Below, piece by piece: positions 22,145 through 36,291 of a DNA stretch of 54,807 nt (position 1 is the stretch's first letter; the number at the start of each line of letters is the position of its first letter). Position numbers and translations under genes: made by a program. Under the pieces are notes generated by a model. It worked only from the letters and a program-made list of their open reading frames with translations, searched no databases and was not told the origin of the DNA. Source of the DNA: Calcarisporiella thermophila CBS 279.70 (lineage: Eukaryota > Fungi > Calcarisporiellomycota); NCBI RefSeq assembly GCF_041956535.1, contig NW_027192197.1, positions 8,193 to 62,999 on the forward strand. The letters are read 5' to 3'.

Positions 22145-24212
22145 TTATAGTTTTCCGATGTATTCTCTCGCCTCGGCAGTAAGACGGTACATTTCCTCGT
22201 TGTTGTGGTCGGTCGGGGTCCGATACAAGAGATCGTGGATGCTCTGGCGTCGTGGTCGACGCCGCCTCCGCCTCCTGGATGGCCGAACAGTTTGGGGGGT
22301 CTGCTCCGTCTCGGCTTGGTTGCTCGTGGTCACGGTCGTTGAAATGTCATCCTCTCCCTCTTCCGGCATAACCACGACCACACTCTCCTTCCTCCGCACC
22401 CCCTCCAACCTCTCACCTCTTGCCTCCGCCATCGACGTCTGCTCCGCCGGTTCAACCGCTTCGCTTGGCTCGTCCACCTTCTCCTTGCGACCGCCTTGTT
22501 TGCTCACTGCGCCCTCTTCTTCCATGGGCCCCGCTTCTAGTCCCTCCATTCCTAGCTCGTCGTCCAACTGGGGCCATGTCTCTTTAGTGCGATGATTAAT
22601 CACCCCGGGCACGGGTGGAATTCCCTCTCTCATTTCTCTCTCCGATTCCTTCTCCCTCTCCTCCTCCACTACCCCCTCGTCTTTAGCGAAGCCGGTTCGG
22701 TTGGGAGAGAAAGCCCCCGACTTGGTCGTGGTCATACTGAAAGACCCGAATTCCATGTAGTCCATTCGGCCCATCAGGACTTTGCGCACAAACCACGTCC
22801 TGAATCCTCCCCGCGGGTCATCCGCGTAGCGCTCGATAAAGTCCCAGCGGATTTTTCTTACGGAGTTGGATACGGCAGGATCAATGAGAAAGGCTAAGCA
22901 GTTGAAGACGCCTACATTGTGCCAAAGGGAGGGAGGGGGGGGGGTTCGTTTGAAGAGAAAAGCCGGTGAGCAAGAGAGTTGAAATAGAAGTCCTCTTTCT
23001 GTGAGCGTTTAGTTGTGCTTACCAGGGAGATCGGTAGACGCATTCCCCGCGATAGTGAGGATAAAGATAATGCGGTCGTTGACCTGCCAGTAGATTTCGC
23101 TGGCAATGAAAACCGACTGCGTTATAAACGGGATCAGCGGATACGCGAGGATACGCACGATGACCTGGTTGATGGCCAAACGTGTTCGCCGGTGCATGGC
23201 AGAGAAGTGCCCCGAGGTATCGCTCAGGCCCGAGGAGTCCAAGTGGCGCTTGAGACTCCGGTTCTCCCGGATGATTTTCGCCACGACCATCCCCACCACA
23301 ATGTTGCAGTATATAATACAGATGACCACGGGCACGATGAAGGTAAACTAACGTCCAGAGAGGTAAGCAATACGGAATAGCCCAACGTTTTCCTCCTCAT
23401 CCACAAGCCTGCACCACTACTCACCACTTCCCAGAGTTTGCTGCTCAGCAGGTGGCTGTTCTGGTACCAGCAGAAGCCCTGTGCCCTGTCGAATCCGAAC
23501 CGACCCGCGGCGAATGGAATCACGGCGAACAACAAAGAAAATAGAAGCGACCCGAAATAGTAGATCCAGCCCTCCATCCACGGCTTAAACTGTCGCTCCA
23601 TCAGCACAATCCACTGAAGATTCACGGCAATAGCTACGCTGAGAAAGAGATACATATGCGTGGTAAACACAATAAACATCACAATGAAGCTACACCCAAA
23701 GCTGTCTGAATTTCCCCCCGCACCATCACCCGAAATAAAAAAGAAGAAACATGCAAGAAGTCAGCATTTTCGGCTCTCCATTCATAGAATCCGAGGAGCA
23801 GAGCACAGTTACCGGAGGCATTCTTAAATGTGTAAACGTAGATGCCGGCCGATTTCGCAATGTCGCAGATGGATATGGCAAGATTAAGGCGTAGACTCAC
23901 ACGGTCGACGAATTTGCGGTCATAGAGCCAGAGCAAGAAGGTGAAGAAAATGACCACGCATCCTCCAATGATGCTCAGGATATTACAATAGACTATTTCA
24001 GCAAGGTAAAAATAAAGTATTGGAATCAGCAAGCAGGATACTCCACACAAGCTAGGGGGTTAATGGCGCGGAAAAAAAAAAGATTCACCATTGACTTGCA
24101 CCGCAATATGGTTGTAGTATGGATCCGAAATGGAGAGATCAGGAATGGAGTCATCCTGTGACTTCTCAGCAAATCTTCTAATGATATGGGCTAATGCCCC
24201 CGTAGTCAGCAT
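22145..24212 (-). CDS. 7-TM G-protein-coupled receptor, cAMP-receptor/Git3-like, multi-exon
   Basis: DRVSLRLNLAISICD; LSVAIAVNLQWIVL; FGFDRAQGFCWY; RILAYPLIPFITQ; seven hydrophobic segments and a long C-tail. Confidence 0.85.
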
Positions 24213-24829
24213 TTTATGGAATATTCATAAAGCAATAATGGGGGCGAAGCATGCAAGTAGCAAAAGAGTCTAGAGACGTGAATGTGGGATAGTGAAAAAA
24301 AAAAGGAAGAGCACAGCCAAACTGGGTCTCGTTCGCCAACATTTTATTCGGAATCAAGGGAAAACGGCCAAAAACAACGGTCGAAAGGAATTGCCATTGG
24401 CTGATCACGATCACTGAGTGGCTAGAGCGTTTCATTATCACACATATATAACCTATGCAATCCATAATTTTCCTGCACCGCCGGGCTATTGGGGGATTTG
24501 CGCGGCAGGAGAAACCTAACCTAGCCAAGCCATATTAAATTCTTGAGTTGAAATAAAGCTTCAGAACCCATTTCGAATGCCCATTTTTGGCACTGCGCGT
24601 GGAAATAAACATTCTCGATGCAAAAGAAGGCGGGAATAAAATTGGGCGTTTGCGATTTCATCATCTGATCTCGGAGTATAATTTTTGTTGAGTGGGCCCT
24701 AAGCCTAGTGTGAGGGTAGAGACTATATAAAGCACGGGTCAATTCTTCTGTTTTTCCCCTACACAAAAGAAACCCGGTTTTTCCACCTTCTCTTCTTATT
24801 ACCAACACCGCAAAAGCCCTCCCATCAGC

Positions 24830-25507
24830 ATGGAACTCCACAACCGCCGCAAGGTCATGCTCTGCTATGACAACTCTCCCCAAGCCAAGAAACTTGTTCC
24901 TTGGGCCATCGAGAACGTCCTCATGAGCGGCAAGGACCACTGTGTGATTGTCAGTGTCATCACCGATGACTACAGCGGTAAACCATGCTCCCATTCTGCC
25001 TAGAGCGTCTTAGTCCCTTACCCTTCTGCTTGCGTATATGTTATAGCCTGGCTCTCCGAAGGCAATATTGAAAATGCTAATGACGCCGACTACCTGCGTA
25101 CTTGCGTCAGCGAAATCCGGAACCGCGGCGAAGAGGTTTTAAACCGCATTGCAAAGGAAATTCGCGACAAGAAAGATGTATGTAGTTCTACTCTGGTAGT
25201 CCTTCTGTCCAACTCTCTGGTGGACTTATTTCGCTTTATTTGCTAGGTAACAACCCAGGTTGTCATCCTCCATGGCGACCCCCGCGAGGAAATAATGAAC
25301 TACGCCAAGGACGCGCATGTTAACCTGATGGTAGTGAGCTCTCGCGGTCTCGGCTACTTCGAGAGGTAAGTTTGCCTTTTCACTCTCTGTCAAGCTCGGT
25401 TCACCCAACTAATAGGATGGCATGGATTTAGGAAACTTTTGGGCAGCGTCTCGGAGTATGCTATTCGCCATGCCTCTTGCTCTGTTGTGGTGGCAAAACT
25501 GCACTAA
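24830..25507 (+). CDS. Universal stress protein (UspA domain), 4 exons
   Basis: RKVMLCYDNS..WAIENV..GDPREEI..LMVVSSRGLG..LLGSVSEYAIRHASCSVVVAK. Confidence 0.9.
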
Positions 25508-25761
25508 AAGAAAAATACATTGAATTATAAAAGTTTAAACAACTCCACCGGATCATTTGTATATATGCCCTTTCTACGAGGAAGCTTTTTTTGTAATAAA
25601 ACTCCTTTGGCTTGATTCAACTTCCGAGCCCTTTGAAGATACTACTGGGCAAAATTTTACGTATTTACTTTGGGTCTGAAATCACAGCAGTCACGCACTT
25701 GGCTATTATTTTCCTTGGTCCTTCCTTTTGCTATCCACCATTCTAGATCAAGGTCTCCCTG

Positions 25762-27090
25762 ATGTCAACTCCCAATGGTACAAACGGGGCGCTGACGGTC
25801 CGTCGCGACGCTCCAACCACCGTACGCCCGCAGTGGCATGCTCCTTGGAAGTTGTTGCGCGTCATTAGTGGGCATCTAGGATGGGTGCGCTCCATTGCCG
25901 TTGAGCCTGGTAACGAATGGTTTGCGACGGGTGCAGGAGATCGTATTATCAAGGTGATATTTTGCCTCCTGCGCGATGCAGAGGAAAAAAAAATAGAAAT
26001 AGTCGACAAGATCCGGTCATTTCATTTTTGAAATTAATCTCCATTTCCTTGGATTATATTTTTTGGACTTTAGATTTGGGATCTTGCCTCCGGAACCCTG
26101 AAGCTTTCTCTCACAGGCCACATCTCAGCGGTACGAGGCCTTGCAGTTTCGGATAGACATCCTTATCTCTTCTCGTGCGGCGAGGACAAGCAGGTTAAAT
26201 GCTGGGATTTGGAGCAGAATAAGGTCATCCGCCATTATCATGGACATTTGTCGGGCGTGTATTCATTGTCACTGCATCCAACCCTGGATGTTTTAGTTAG
26301 TGCGGGGCGTGACGCGGTTGCTAGGGTGAGAATGCTATCCTGTTTTGATTTAGTTTACAGCGAATGGTATGTTCATCGTTGCTTTTATTTGGCGTGCTAC
26401 AGGTTTGGGACATGCGTACCAAACAGTGTATTCACGTCCTTGAGGGGCACTCCACTACAGTTGCCGACGTCAAATGTCAGGAAGTGGATCCGCAGGTCAT
26501 CACTGCCTCGATGGATTCAACAGTGCGACTTTGGGATCTTGCTGCGGGCAAAACCATGACCACCCTAACCCACCACAAGAAGTCGGTGCGTGCCCTTGCG
26601 CTCCATCCGACCAAATTCGCGTTTGCAAGTGGCTCTGCGGACAACATCAAGACTTTCCGGTGTCCTGAGGGGACTTTTATCCAAAATCTGGAAGGGCACA
26701 ATGCCATCGTGAATACTTTGAGCATCAATGACGATGGCGTCGTGTTTTCTGGCGGTAACTATGACGACCTCCTTTTGATAGTATTATTTTTTCTTTTCTA
26801 TCCGGAGGCTAATGTCTATTTGGGATGGCTGATATTTAGGCGACAACGGATCCATGTGTTTCTACGACTGGAAATCCGGATACAAATTCCAGACGATGCA
26901 GACAACGGTGCAGCCAGGCTCTCTCGATTCCGAAGCAGGCATCTTCTGCTCCACATTCGATAGGACAGGGCTGCGCCTGATTACGGGCGAGGCGGACAAG
27001 ACCATCAAGATTTACAAAGAGGATGAAGATGCCACGCCAGAGACTCATCCTATTGATTTCCAACCTTCATTGCTGCGAAGGAGATACTAG
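25762..27090 (+). CDS. PRP46: Pre-mRNA splicing factor Prp46/PLRG1 (WD40), 4 exons
   Basis: [78 protein letters not shown]. Confidence 0.95.
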
Positions 27091-28604
27091 TCACCCATTC
27101 TTTCTGTTACATTTACGTTTTTTCTTTTCCCTTTGCTCGAGCTTTTCTCTATTGTGTATTTTCGTTTGTCAACTTTTTTTTTCAATACATTTCCCTACTT
27201 ATTATACAATCGTTCAGCAAAATCCAACGGCCAAACACCCCAACTCTCCCCTTCACCAAATTTTAAGGTGAAACGAAGAGAATAGAGCAATTGTTCTTGG
27301 CAGAAAGAGTACTGCAAAATTTGGTGGGTATAGGGAGAGAAGGCGTCAGAGCAAGAAGGCTAGGAATAGTGGTCTAGTCCAACCTCCATAGCGTATCGGT
27401 CTTTCGTCTATTCGTGATCCTCAGTGTTTACGCGAGGATCAGCAGAAAAACTCCGAATAAAGTGATTACGATCCGCGCTAAACTCTCAAATCCAACCTCT
27501 TCTATGTCTTCATAGCTCACCTTAGAAACGCTCCAAAATATAACGTTATCTTCTTGTTTGCGCACGATTGTCGATAAGCGCCTGGAATTTATTTACTCTT
27601 CCGCAAGCCAATGTGTCGGCGCAAAACTGAGACTGAGTTCTTCTATTATAGTCTCTACCCCTCTGTCATTTGTATTTAGGTACCTGATTTTGGTTTTCAG
27701 TATATTGCTGGTACTTCCCTTGGTTGAATCCTGCATAACTCCTAATTGGGATTCTGTTTTTTATTTTTAGTGTACTTCCACTTAGTTATAGATAGTAGCA
27801 TATACTCTTATCAATATATATGCTCGATGAAGAGGGGTATACTTTCTCCTGTGAGGTAGCAAATACACTCCATTCTCTTATGGCTATCCAATGATCACAA
27901 GCTCCGCTCGTCTTAAGAGAGGCACATAACAAATACTTGACAAAGCAATCGACTCTGTCTTGCGGGTGTAGCTGAAAGGCTTCCACTTGATTTCACATCG
28001 ATCCGGATCTAATGCCAGCCAAGAAACGCTCACTGGGGAAGGACTACTGCCATTGGCCTGGTAAAGACTATGAATTCTCGGAGGCACCCAAACTAAGCGT
28101 CCGGAAACGACGCGACAGATTGGCCAATCTTTCCACGTCAACCTTAGTCTAACACAAGCCGTAGCTTGAGCAGTGCAAATCTTTCAGAAATACGCCGAGA
28201 TTGAATATGGTCACCAGCCAATCAAATGCCTCGCGAGGTACCTTGCTATTCAGACGATGCTCGATATCGATAGCATTGCCTAGTGTTAAAAGCAGAAATG
28301 GTCAAGTTATATAGAACAGATTACCAGAGGAAGCGCTTCCCTGCGGTGATCAAAGCTGGAGGAAGGAGAAGCGGGGGCGAAGGGAATTGCGTGTGCGTAT
28401 ACACGCCGTGCGGTTAGCTTACGCGTGTATTAGGTTACCATTCGGGCATAGCTGATACAGGTGATACAAAACTCTGTTTCTTACTCTTTTCAAAGTTATA
28501 TCTTGTCCCCCGCGAAATATATAAGGCGAAGAGCCATACCTAAGAAAATCGTAGCATTTAATATTTCTCGCGCATTATTCTATATTCATTAATCCATTAA
28601 CCTA

Positions 28605-31600
28605 ATGCCGGAGGATAAGAAGGTCACCCTGACAATTGAAAAGGAGCAATCGAAAGACTTTGAGTCACTAAAACAGGCAGAAAGAGGGAAATTAACGAGC
28701 AAGCTTCTTGGCATTTGGTGGAGAAGAAAAAATACCCAGGAGGTAAAGGCCAGAGTGCCCTATATTCAGCTTTACCGGTATGCGTCGAAATTGGACAGAT
28801 TCTTGATAGTGTAAGTGGAAAATCTTCCACCCTTCTTTCCATTCTATGCTTATCTCAAGTGGTGGGGGGGGGGGGGGAGTGCTCTGTTACAGGCTCGGTA
28901 TCATTAGCAGCATTCTGGCTGGTATCACGCAGCCATTGGTAGCCGTCTCGTTCGGTAAACTCGTCCAGAACTTCACCTCGAATTCAAATCCCCAGACCAA
29001 CTCTCAAGGGATGACGGAGGCTATCCTGATCCTCCTTTGGTTCGGGATTGCTCTCGTCGTCACGTCGTATGCATCCATGTGCTTATGGACACTGGCAGGT
29101 GAGAACCAGGCCAAGGTGATTATCTAGCTTAGATACTCTCTCATTCGCAAAGCCGGGCCTAACCCTTTTGACATGCGGTAGCGTATCCGCGAGCTCTATT
29201 TCCACGCAATTCTCCGTCAGGATCAAGGCTGGTTTGATCAGGCTGAGTCCGAGTCGCTCAACTCCCGTCTCGCCTCGGACACCTTCCTGATCCAGGAGGG
29301 GCTTTCCGACAAGGTTGGTCTCGTCATCCAGAATACGACCGAATTTGTTACCGGCTTTGTTGCGGCATTTGTCTTCGGGTGGAAATTGTCAGTGGTGCTA
29401 CTAGTTGTGGTGCCGTTGCTTGGCATTTCGGTATACTCGATTACCAATGTGATCCAGTTTGAGTCTCAGAAGGCGCAGAATGCCTATTCGACCGCGGGCT
29501 CCATCGTTGAGCAAGCCGTGTCGGGTATCCGCACGGTGGCCGCCTTCTCGTTGCAGTCGCGGTTCATCAATTCGTACGAGGAAAAGATTGACTTTGCCTA
29601 CCGCGCCGGGGTGAGAAAAGCCCTGAAATCTGGTAAGATTGATCGAGGTTGCGAATAGGTTAACCCTGTTCCTAATCCTGCTGGTTTTCTTGTAGGGGCT
29701 TTCCTGGGATTGGTAATGTTCACCGTCTATGTCAGCTATGCCATAGGATTCCTTTACGGTGCTCACTTGATCTCTCAAGGGGCCATGGGTGCCCCTGAGG
29801 TCATGCAATCCTTCTTTGCCTTGCTCATTGGGGCCTTCTCTATTGGGTAAACGAAACTTTTTCATATTGTTAGACCTGAAATGAAGTATTAATGATATTT
29901 AATGGGACGATGATCAGTCAAATTGGGCCCAACTACAAAAGTCTTGTTGAGGCACAGGTAGCAGCTCATAAGATCTTCGCGACTATCGATCGAACGCCTC
30001 CGATAGATTCGCTTCCCCCAGCAGACGACAGCGGCCTTACACCTACCAGTTGCACAGGGACTATCACGCTCCAAAATGTCCACTTCAGCTATCCTACCCG
30101 CCCTGACGCTCAAGTTCTTCGTGGGATCGACCTCACCATTCCAAGTGGGAAAACGGTCGCTTTGGTAGGAGCCTCTGGAAGTGGAAAATCGACCATCATT
30201 CAGCTGGTGCAGCGCTTTTATGACCCCAATGCAGGAAGCATTCGCATTGACGGGATTGATCTGCGGGAGCTGAACGTGCGATGGTTGCGAAATCAGATTG
30301 GGATCGTGGGGCAAGAGCCTGTACTCTTTGACGATACGATTCGCAACAATATTGCCCTAGGCGCGCGCAACCGAAATCCGACCCAGGAGGAGCTGGAAGA
30401 GGTGTGCCGCAAGGCTAATTGCCATGAGATGATTTCCAAACTTCCTCAAGGCTATGACACTCTCGTTGGCGAGAAAGGATCCCAGCTCTCTGGCGGTCAA
30501 AAACAGCGCATTGCCATCGCAAGAGCCCTGATCCGCGATCCATCCATTTTGTTGCTTGATGAAGCGACCTCGGCGCTGGATACCAAGTCAGAAAAACTTG
30601 TCCAGGAGGCTCTGAAGGCGGCGGCTCTGGATCGCAGCACGATCATCATTGCCCACCGGCTCTCCACCATTCGTGAAGCAGATTTGATTGTCGTCATGGA
30701 GAAAGGCAAGATAGTCGAGCAAGGATCCCATGATGAACTCATGGCAAAGCAAGGTGCCTATATGTCTTACGTAAATAAGCAGCTGCTCAAGACACACGAA
30801 TACAGTGGCATAACGACTGAGGCCTCCCCTCCAGGCAGCGATGACAGTCGCAATGATGAATCCTCGGAGCCAGAGTCGGATTTGACAAAGCAACCAACTA
30901 TTGTCGTCAAAAGCAAACGTAGCCCGGTGTTTGAAAGTAAAGAGGAGAAGAGACCTCTTTTAAGGATTGTGAAAATGATGGCGTCAGACTGGAAATATAT
31001 GGCAGCCTCGGTATTAGGAAGCGCCGTTGTAGGAGCGGTAAGAAGAGCATATGAATGCTTGTGTTTGGGGTATAATCTTAATCTTTTTGCTGCTTATATA
31101 GATTCTTCCTGCACACAGTTTGCTACTTGGCCGATTGTTCGATGCCTTTGGCAAGCCGCCCGCACAAGTGGAGGGCGCCTCAAGGACTTGGGCGTTGATG
31201 TATTGTGAGTTTTGATTTTGCAAAACCGACGTTTTTTTTGGATGTTATGACAACCATTTTTTCTCTTTATTACATAACAATGACCAGTTGTGTTGGCCGT
31301 AGCATTTTTGATTGCTGGGTTTTTCAAAGATGGGGTTATGATGTTCTGTGGAGAGCGACTAGTGCGACGCTTGCGTTCTCGTATCTTTCGCAATCTTCTC
31401 CGCCAAGAAATCGCCTTCTTCGATGACCCGGCCCATTCCACCGGTGCGCTTACTGCGTCCTTAGCCAAAGATGTCACAGCCGTTCAAGAATTTCCCAACG
31501 CCTTTTTCGTTGACGGAGGGAGAACGGTGGCCACCTTAGTTTTTGGATTCGTTGTAATGTTCAGCAATGGATGGAAGCTGACGCTCTATCTTCTAGCTTC

Positions 31601-33108
31601 GATGCCTTTTGTCGCTTTGACTATGGTGTTCCAAGTCAAATCTCTCCAGGGGTACTCTTCAAGCCTTTATTTTATTGCCGACTTCGAGGAGGATCTCATG
31701 TCTCCATTTCTCTGTTTCATAGATTCTCTGGAAAAACAAAAAAGGAATATGCACTCTCTGGTAAAATTGTTGGCGAGGCTATCCGGGGGATTCGTACCGT
31801 AGCATCGCTTGCGGCCGAGGACGTCTTCGAGAAGAAGTATATTGGTATGATAGAGACTAGTAGAGGCTTTTCCATACACCTTGTGCTGAATGTACTCGTT
31901 TATTAGACTGTAACCGAAAGCCACACCGCGCAGCTCTCATGCAGGCGTATGTGGCTTCCATCGGCTATGGACTTTCTCAAGGCTCTCAATTCTTCATCTA
32001 TGCCCTCGCATTTTACCTCGGCTCGCGCCTCATCGCTTCGGAGGAGATGACAAACCAGCAGGTCTTTACCGTGGCATTTGCCGTTGTGCTAACTTCCTTT
32101 GGAATGAGCCACCTCTCGGCACACATGCCCAAGGTCGTGAAAGCCCGCCAAGCCGCAATCAACTTGTTCGAGCTGCTTGATAAGACGACGACCATTGACC
32201 CCGAGGTGGATGGAAAGCTCGAGGGTCCCGCACCCGGCACTGCAGCACTACAAAATGTAACATTCGCATATCCAACAAGACCGGAGATCAACATATTTGA
32301 GAACGTGTCATTGGATATTCAGAAGAACCTAAAGATTGCTCTGGTTGGCCCCAGTGGGAGCGGAAAATCGACCGTGATCGCGCACTTGCTGCGGTGGTAT
32401 GATACCACATCGGGTGAAGCCCTGGTTGAGGGAGCCAATGTTCGGCATTGGCAGCTAAATGCAATGCGCCGTAGGCTAGCGCTGGTGGGACAAGAGCCTG
32501 TCCTCTTCGACTTGACAGTGCGGGAAAATATCCTATATGGGTGCGGCGAGGATGAAAAGGTCACTCAGGAAGACATCGAGAAAGCAGCAACCAATGCCAA
32601 TATTCATCACTTCATCACTGGACTGCCCAACGGCTATCATACTCGAGTGGGTGAGAATGGCTCCCAGCTCTCGGGTGGACAGAAACAGAGGATAGCCATA
32701 GCGCGCGCGCTGCTGCGGAACCCGGAAATTCTGTTGCTGGATGAGGCGACCAGCGCGCTGGATTCGGAATCAGAGAAAATGGTGCAGGGCGCATTAAATA
32801 ATGCCATGATTGGACGAACCACAATTGCAATTGCTCACAGGCTCTCTTCGATTCAAGATGCGGATCTCATTGGTAAATAACTTTGCGGAGTAAGCTTTGC
32901 TCTTTAGGGAGATTCTAACTATGAATTCATTGACAGTTGTTCTGAGAGAGGGTCGTGTAGTAGAGAAAGGGTAAGTATATGCTGTTTTCCTGCTTTCTCT
33001 TTTCGTCTTATTCATCATTGCCCCACGCTTTCTAGGCAACATAACGATCTCATTGCTCGAGGAGGCGTCTATAGCGAACTAGCTAACCAGCAAAACTTAG
33101 CATCGTAG
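28605..33108 (+). CDS. Full-length ABCB/MDR1 (P-glycoprotein-like) transporter, multi-exon
   Basis: Two TMD-NBD halves with GASGSGKST/GPSGSGKST, LSGGQKQRIAIARAL and LLLDEATSALD motifs. Confidence 0.95.
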
Positions 33109-34027
33109 AGTCTGTCTGCCTTTTTGTCTCGTGAGGAATACCAAAGAGCATTAGGAGAGGAAGCACTAATTATTTTATGTATCTTTTTGTATTTTATTAT
33201 TCTTCAAGGATATACATGTATTCAGGATTTAGATGAGGATTATCTCTACTTTTATTTTCAAACTGCTGCCATGATTTTTTATTCACATTCATTATATCTG
33301 TTTTTATTTTTCAATTTGATCCCTTACGGACTAAGTGCTCTAAACAATAAAGTTCATAGGCCACAAATAAAAGTTGTAAATTCACTTTCAGCGGTTGAGC
33401 AACTTTGGCTAAGAATCTAAGAATGATTTTCCAAGCATTTTCCACAAGGATTCGGGCGAATGGAATATTGCGTAGAAGGCTATCTGGGTTGAAGGAACGT
33501 CTTATACTACAATTGGCTTCTCTATATCACGTAGACTTGGATGCTATCTCATAATGCAAGTGGAATATCCACTAGAATAATATACATGCTTTTATCCTAG
33601 TGGAAGCAGCAAGCAAAATCAAAAGAGGATATTATATGCTCTCAGCACTCTGGAGCATACCCATGCGGGTCTGTAATAAACCAGAGCTTGGGGAAGTTCA
33701 TTCTTTTAGCCTTGTGGAGGGCTTACACGATCATAGAGAATCAGTTACAGCAAGATATTTCGAAATCTTCTCTTATGGCATTGGCATTTGAGTTGGAGAA
33801 GCTTTCCAGTTGATCCAGCATGCTTCCATTTCGTCGCGATTTTTACCGAACTTGTTTACGACTCTTGTCGCCCATGCTCGTTAAATCATTGTTTTATTAG
33901 TTCTTTATTGAAAAGTATTGTGTACAAAACAAGGTCCAAATGTAAAAAATGACAAAAAGTAGCCGATGAAAGCATATACAACAGCAAAAAATGACAAATA
34001 AATCAACAAGATAACACGCCGCCATCA

Positions 34028-34686
34028 TTATCTGTCCTCCTTCTTCTCTCTATCCTCTTCCGTGTCACTCTCTCTATCCTCGGCTGCATAAAGTTGTGTG
34101 TACATTCGCACTAACGATCCATAAGCAACCATATCACCACAGCGCATTAAATTCGCAGCATCGCAGTTAAGAGGGCTGCTTGGCTCTGGGTGGGCAAGTA
34201 AGAGCTGGATGGCGGTGCAGGTGGTTGCTAATGTCCACGCAGGGGACCACGCCGTTTTCAAAATGTCTAGGCAGATTTCACCCGTCTAAAAGCCAAAAGA
34301 AGGACGGTCAAGTTAGTCTTACCTTTTGACACAAAGGTGGTGGTTAATAAGGATGACACGTACCTTGAAATGAATGTTTGGATGACATATCTTGGTGATA
34401 AATCGGACACTAGGAGGGTGGATAGGGTACGTTCTTGGAACTTCGATTCGCAGCTCAAATATGCCTCCTATATTTAAGAAAATGGCACTTAGCCTAAACA
34501 TGTCAATGCTGCTTTGTCAAACGTCGACTCACCCTCATAAAGCGAATCCCTCTGGCCACGTAGGACAGCCTTCCATACCAGAAGATCATCATCATTGATG
34601 GGCGAAAGCTCCAGTAAATCGGGATTCTGTGGATCCGCTTGAAAGTCCCGGAGTTCTTTGAGAAGTCGCCTTGACACCGCGTCCAT
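34028..34686 (-). CDS. PEX4: Ubiquitin-conjugating enzyme E2, Pex4-like (3 exons)
   Basis: [67 protein letters not shown]. Confidence 0.82.
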
Positions 34687-35513
34687 TGCTTACAAGTACA
34701 AAACAGATATAAAATAGAAAACTATACTGTCAATACCAAGTGTGGGATATAATAATATCGGAGGTTAATTAAAGGGATGCTTTTAGCAGATCGACATAAT
34801 TCTCGTGAATTCTTTGTCGAGAAGAAGTTGTGAGCACCTCTCTCATATGCTAAAAATTCATGCCGGTAAAAACTTTGGGGGAATTTTGATGGGGGGAGAG
34901 GCGCAGCATTCTTAGAGTGCCTTAAAACATCCAAATTAAACCGGTATCCACAACCTAAGCATTGCCAACTCTATACGAACACAGTAGAGCGGTCCAACTG
35001 GTACCAGGCCGTGAGCCGATGGATTATTATTTTTTCCCCCTCAGTTTGAATCGGTTCCATAATGTGTTAGCACTCTGTTCCTCACCAAAAATACTTCAGC
35101 TCTTCTCATATGCCGAAATATTCACGTGAAGAGAACTTAGTGCCTGATTATAACGAAAACATAGGATTATGAAAATTTTAATATTCAATGAGAACCTTTT
35201 CCCTATTTTAATCTAACCGCTTATTTAATGTTCTTTTTCTTTTTTAACTTTGATGTTTACTCTTGATATGTGCCCTGTGCCGTTGGAGGGCTCGAGTAGG
35301 AAGCTACATCGCAGCCGCCTCAGGTGCTTATCCAACTACAAAAAACTATCTTTCACTGCGGCGCTACTAAGTGATGTTCACGCCAAACTTTGTGTTTATA
35401 AGCAATCTGACAGATATACCACCATGAAAAAAAAAAAAAACCGTTGACGTCCCTAATTTCCCCCCCAAAATTTTCCTTGACAAGGACGCCGTTTGGGGTC
35501 ACCTTGCGTAGCA

Positions 35514-35587
35514 GCTCGTGTAGCTAAGTTGGTTATAGCGTGGCGCTAATAACGCCAAGGTCACAGGTTCGATCCCTGTCACGAGCA
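35514..35587 (+). tRNA. tRNA-Ile(AAT)
   Basis: Acceptor GCTCGTG/CACGAGC, anticodon arm TGGCG-ctAATaa-CGCCA, T loop TTCGATC, T-run terminator downstream. Confidence 0.95.
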
Positions 35588-36291
35588 GATCATTTTTTGC
35601 AGCGCAATATATCTTTACATTACTCTATTTTCTCTAATATTATTGTATTGAAATATTCTCTCGAAAAGGAAACTATTGCATTGTTTAAATTACAACTCAA
35701 GGATTTTCATTTGGAACAGATTGGAGAAGGTCAGCTTGCATCAGTTCCCTTTTCTGGTACCGAGGCAAGTGGGAAGGTGTGGCAAGTAAGCGAGTTGGGG
35801 GATAGTGTGATAGCACCGGATATTGAAAATCGTCTCGGATTCAAATTTGAATGGGGTTGAATGGTGTTTTGTAGAGCTATTTTCTGGTGTACAGCGAGCC
35901 TTTTTTTGTTTTATTTTTTTTCCAACCTCTCGGCATAAGCAGCAGCATTTTTTGAATTTGGGATTTCGATTTATCCTTCATGCACTTGCACTCATTCCAT
36001 TCCTTTGTTCATTATTTAATGATATTTGCATGGAAAAGGCTTTAAAATCACAAATCTTGCACGCGATTCCTACGATTTCGATTGTCGTCATTGCCAGCGG
36101 TAATACTTCCCCTCTAAGTTTTGCCATTCGCTTATGCTTAACTGGTCTCTTTGCCCAATAGTCATTAACGACGAGCTGTTCTATGTACCCTATGTCTTTC
36201 TAACTAATTCTAGTATACTTCATATCACGAAGCAAAGCGTGTGCACCACCTGTGTGTCCATCAAAAATTACCTAGTATCTGTCGCAAAAGT

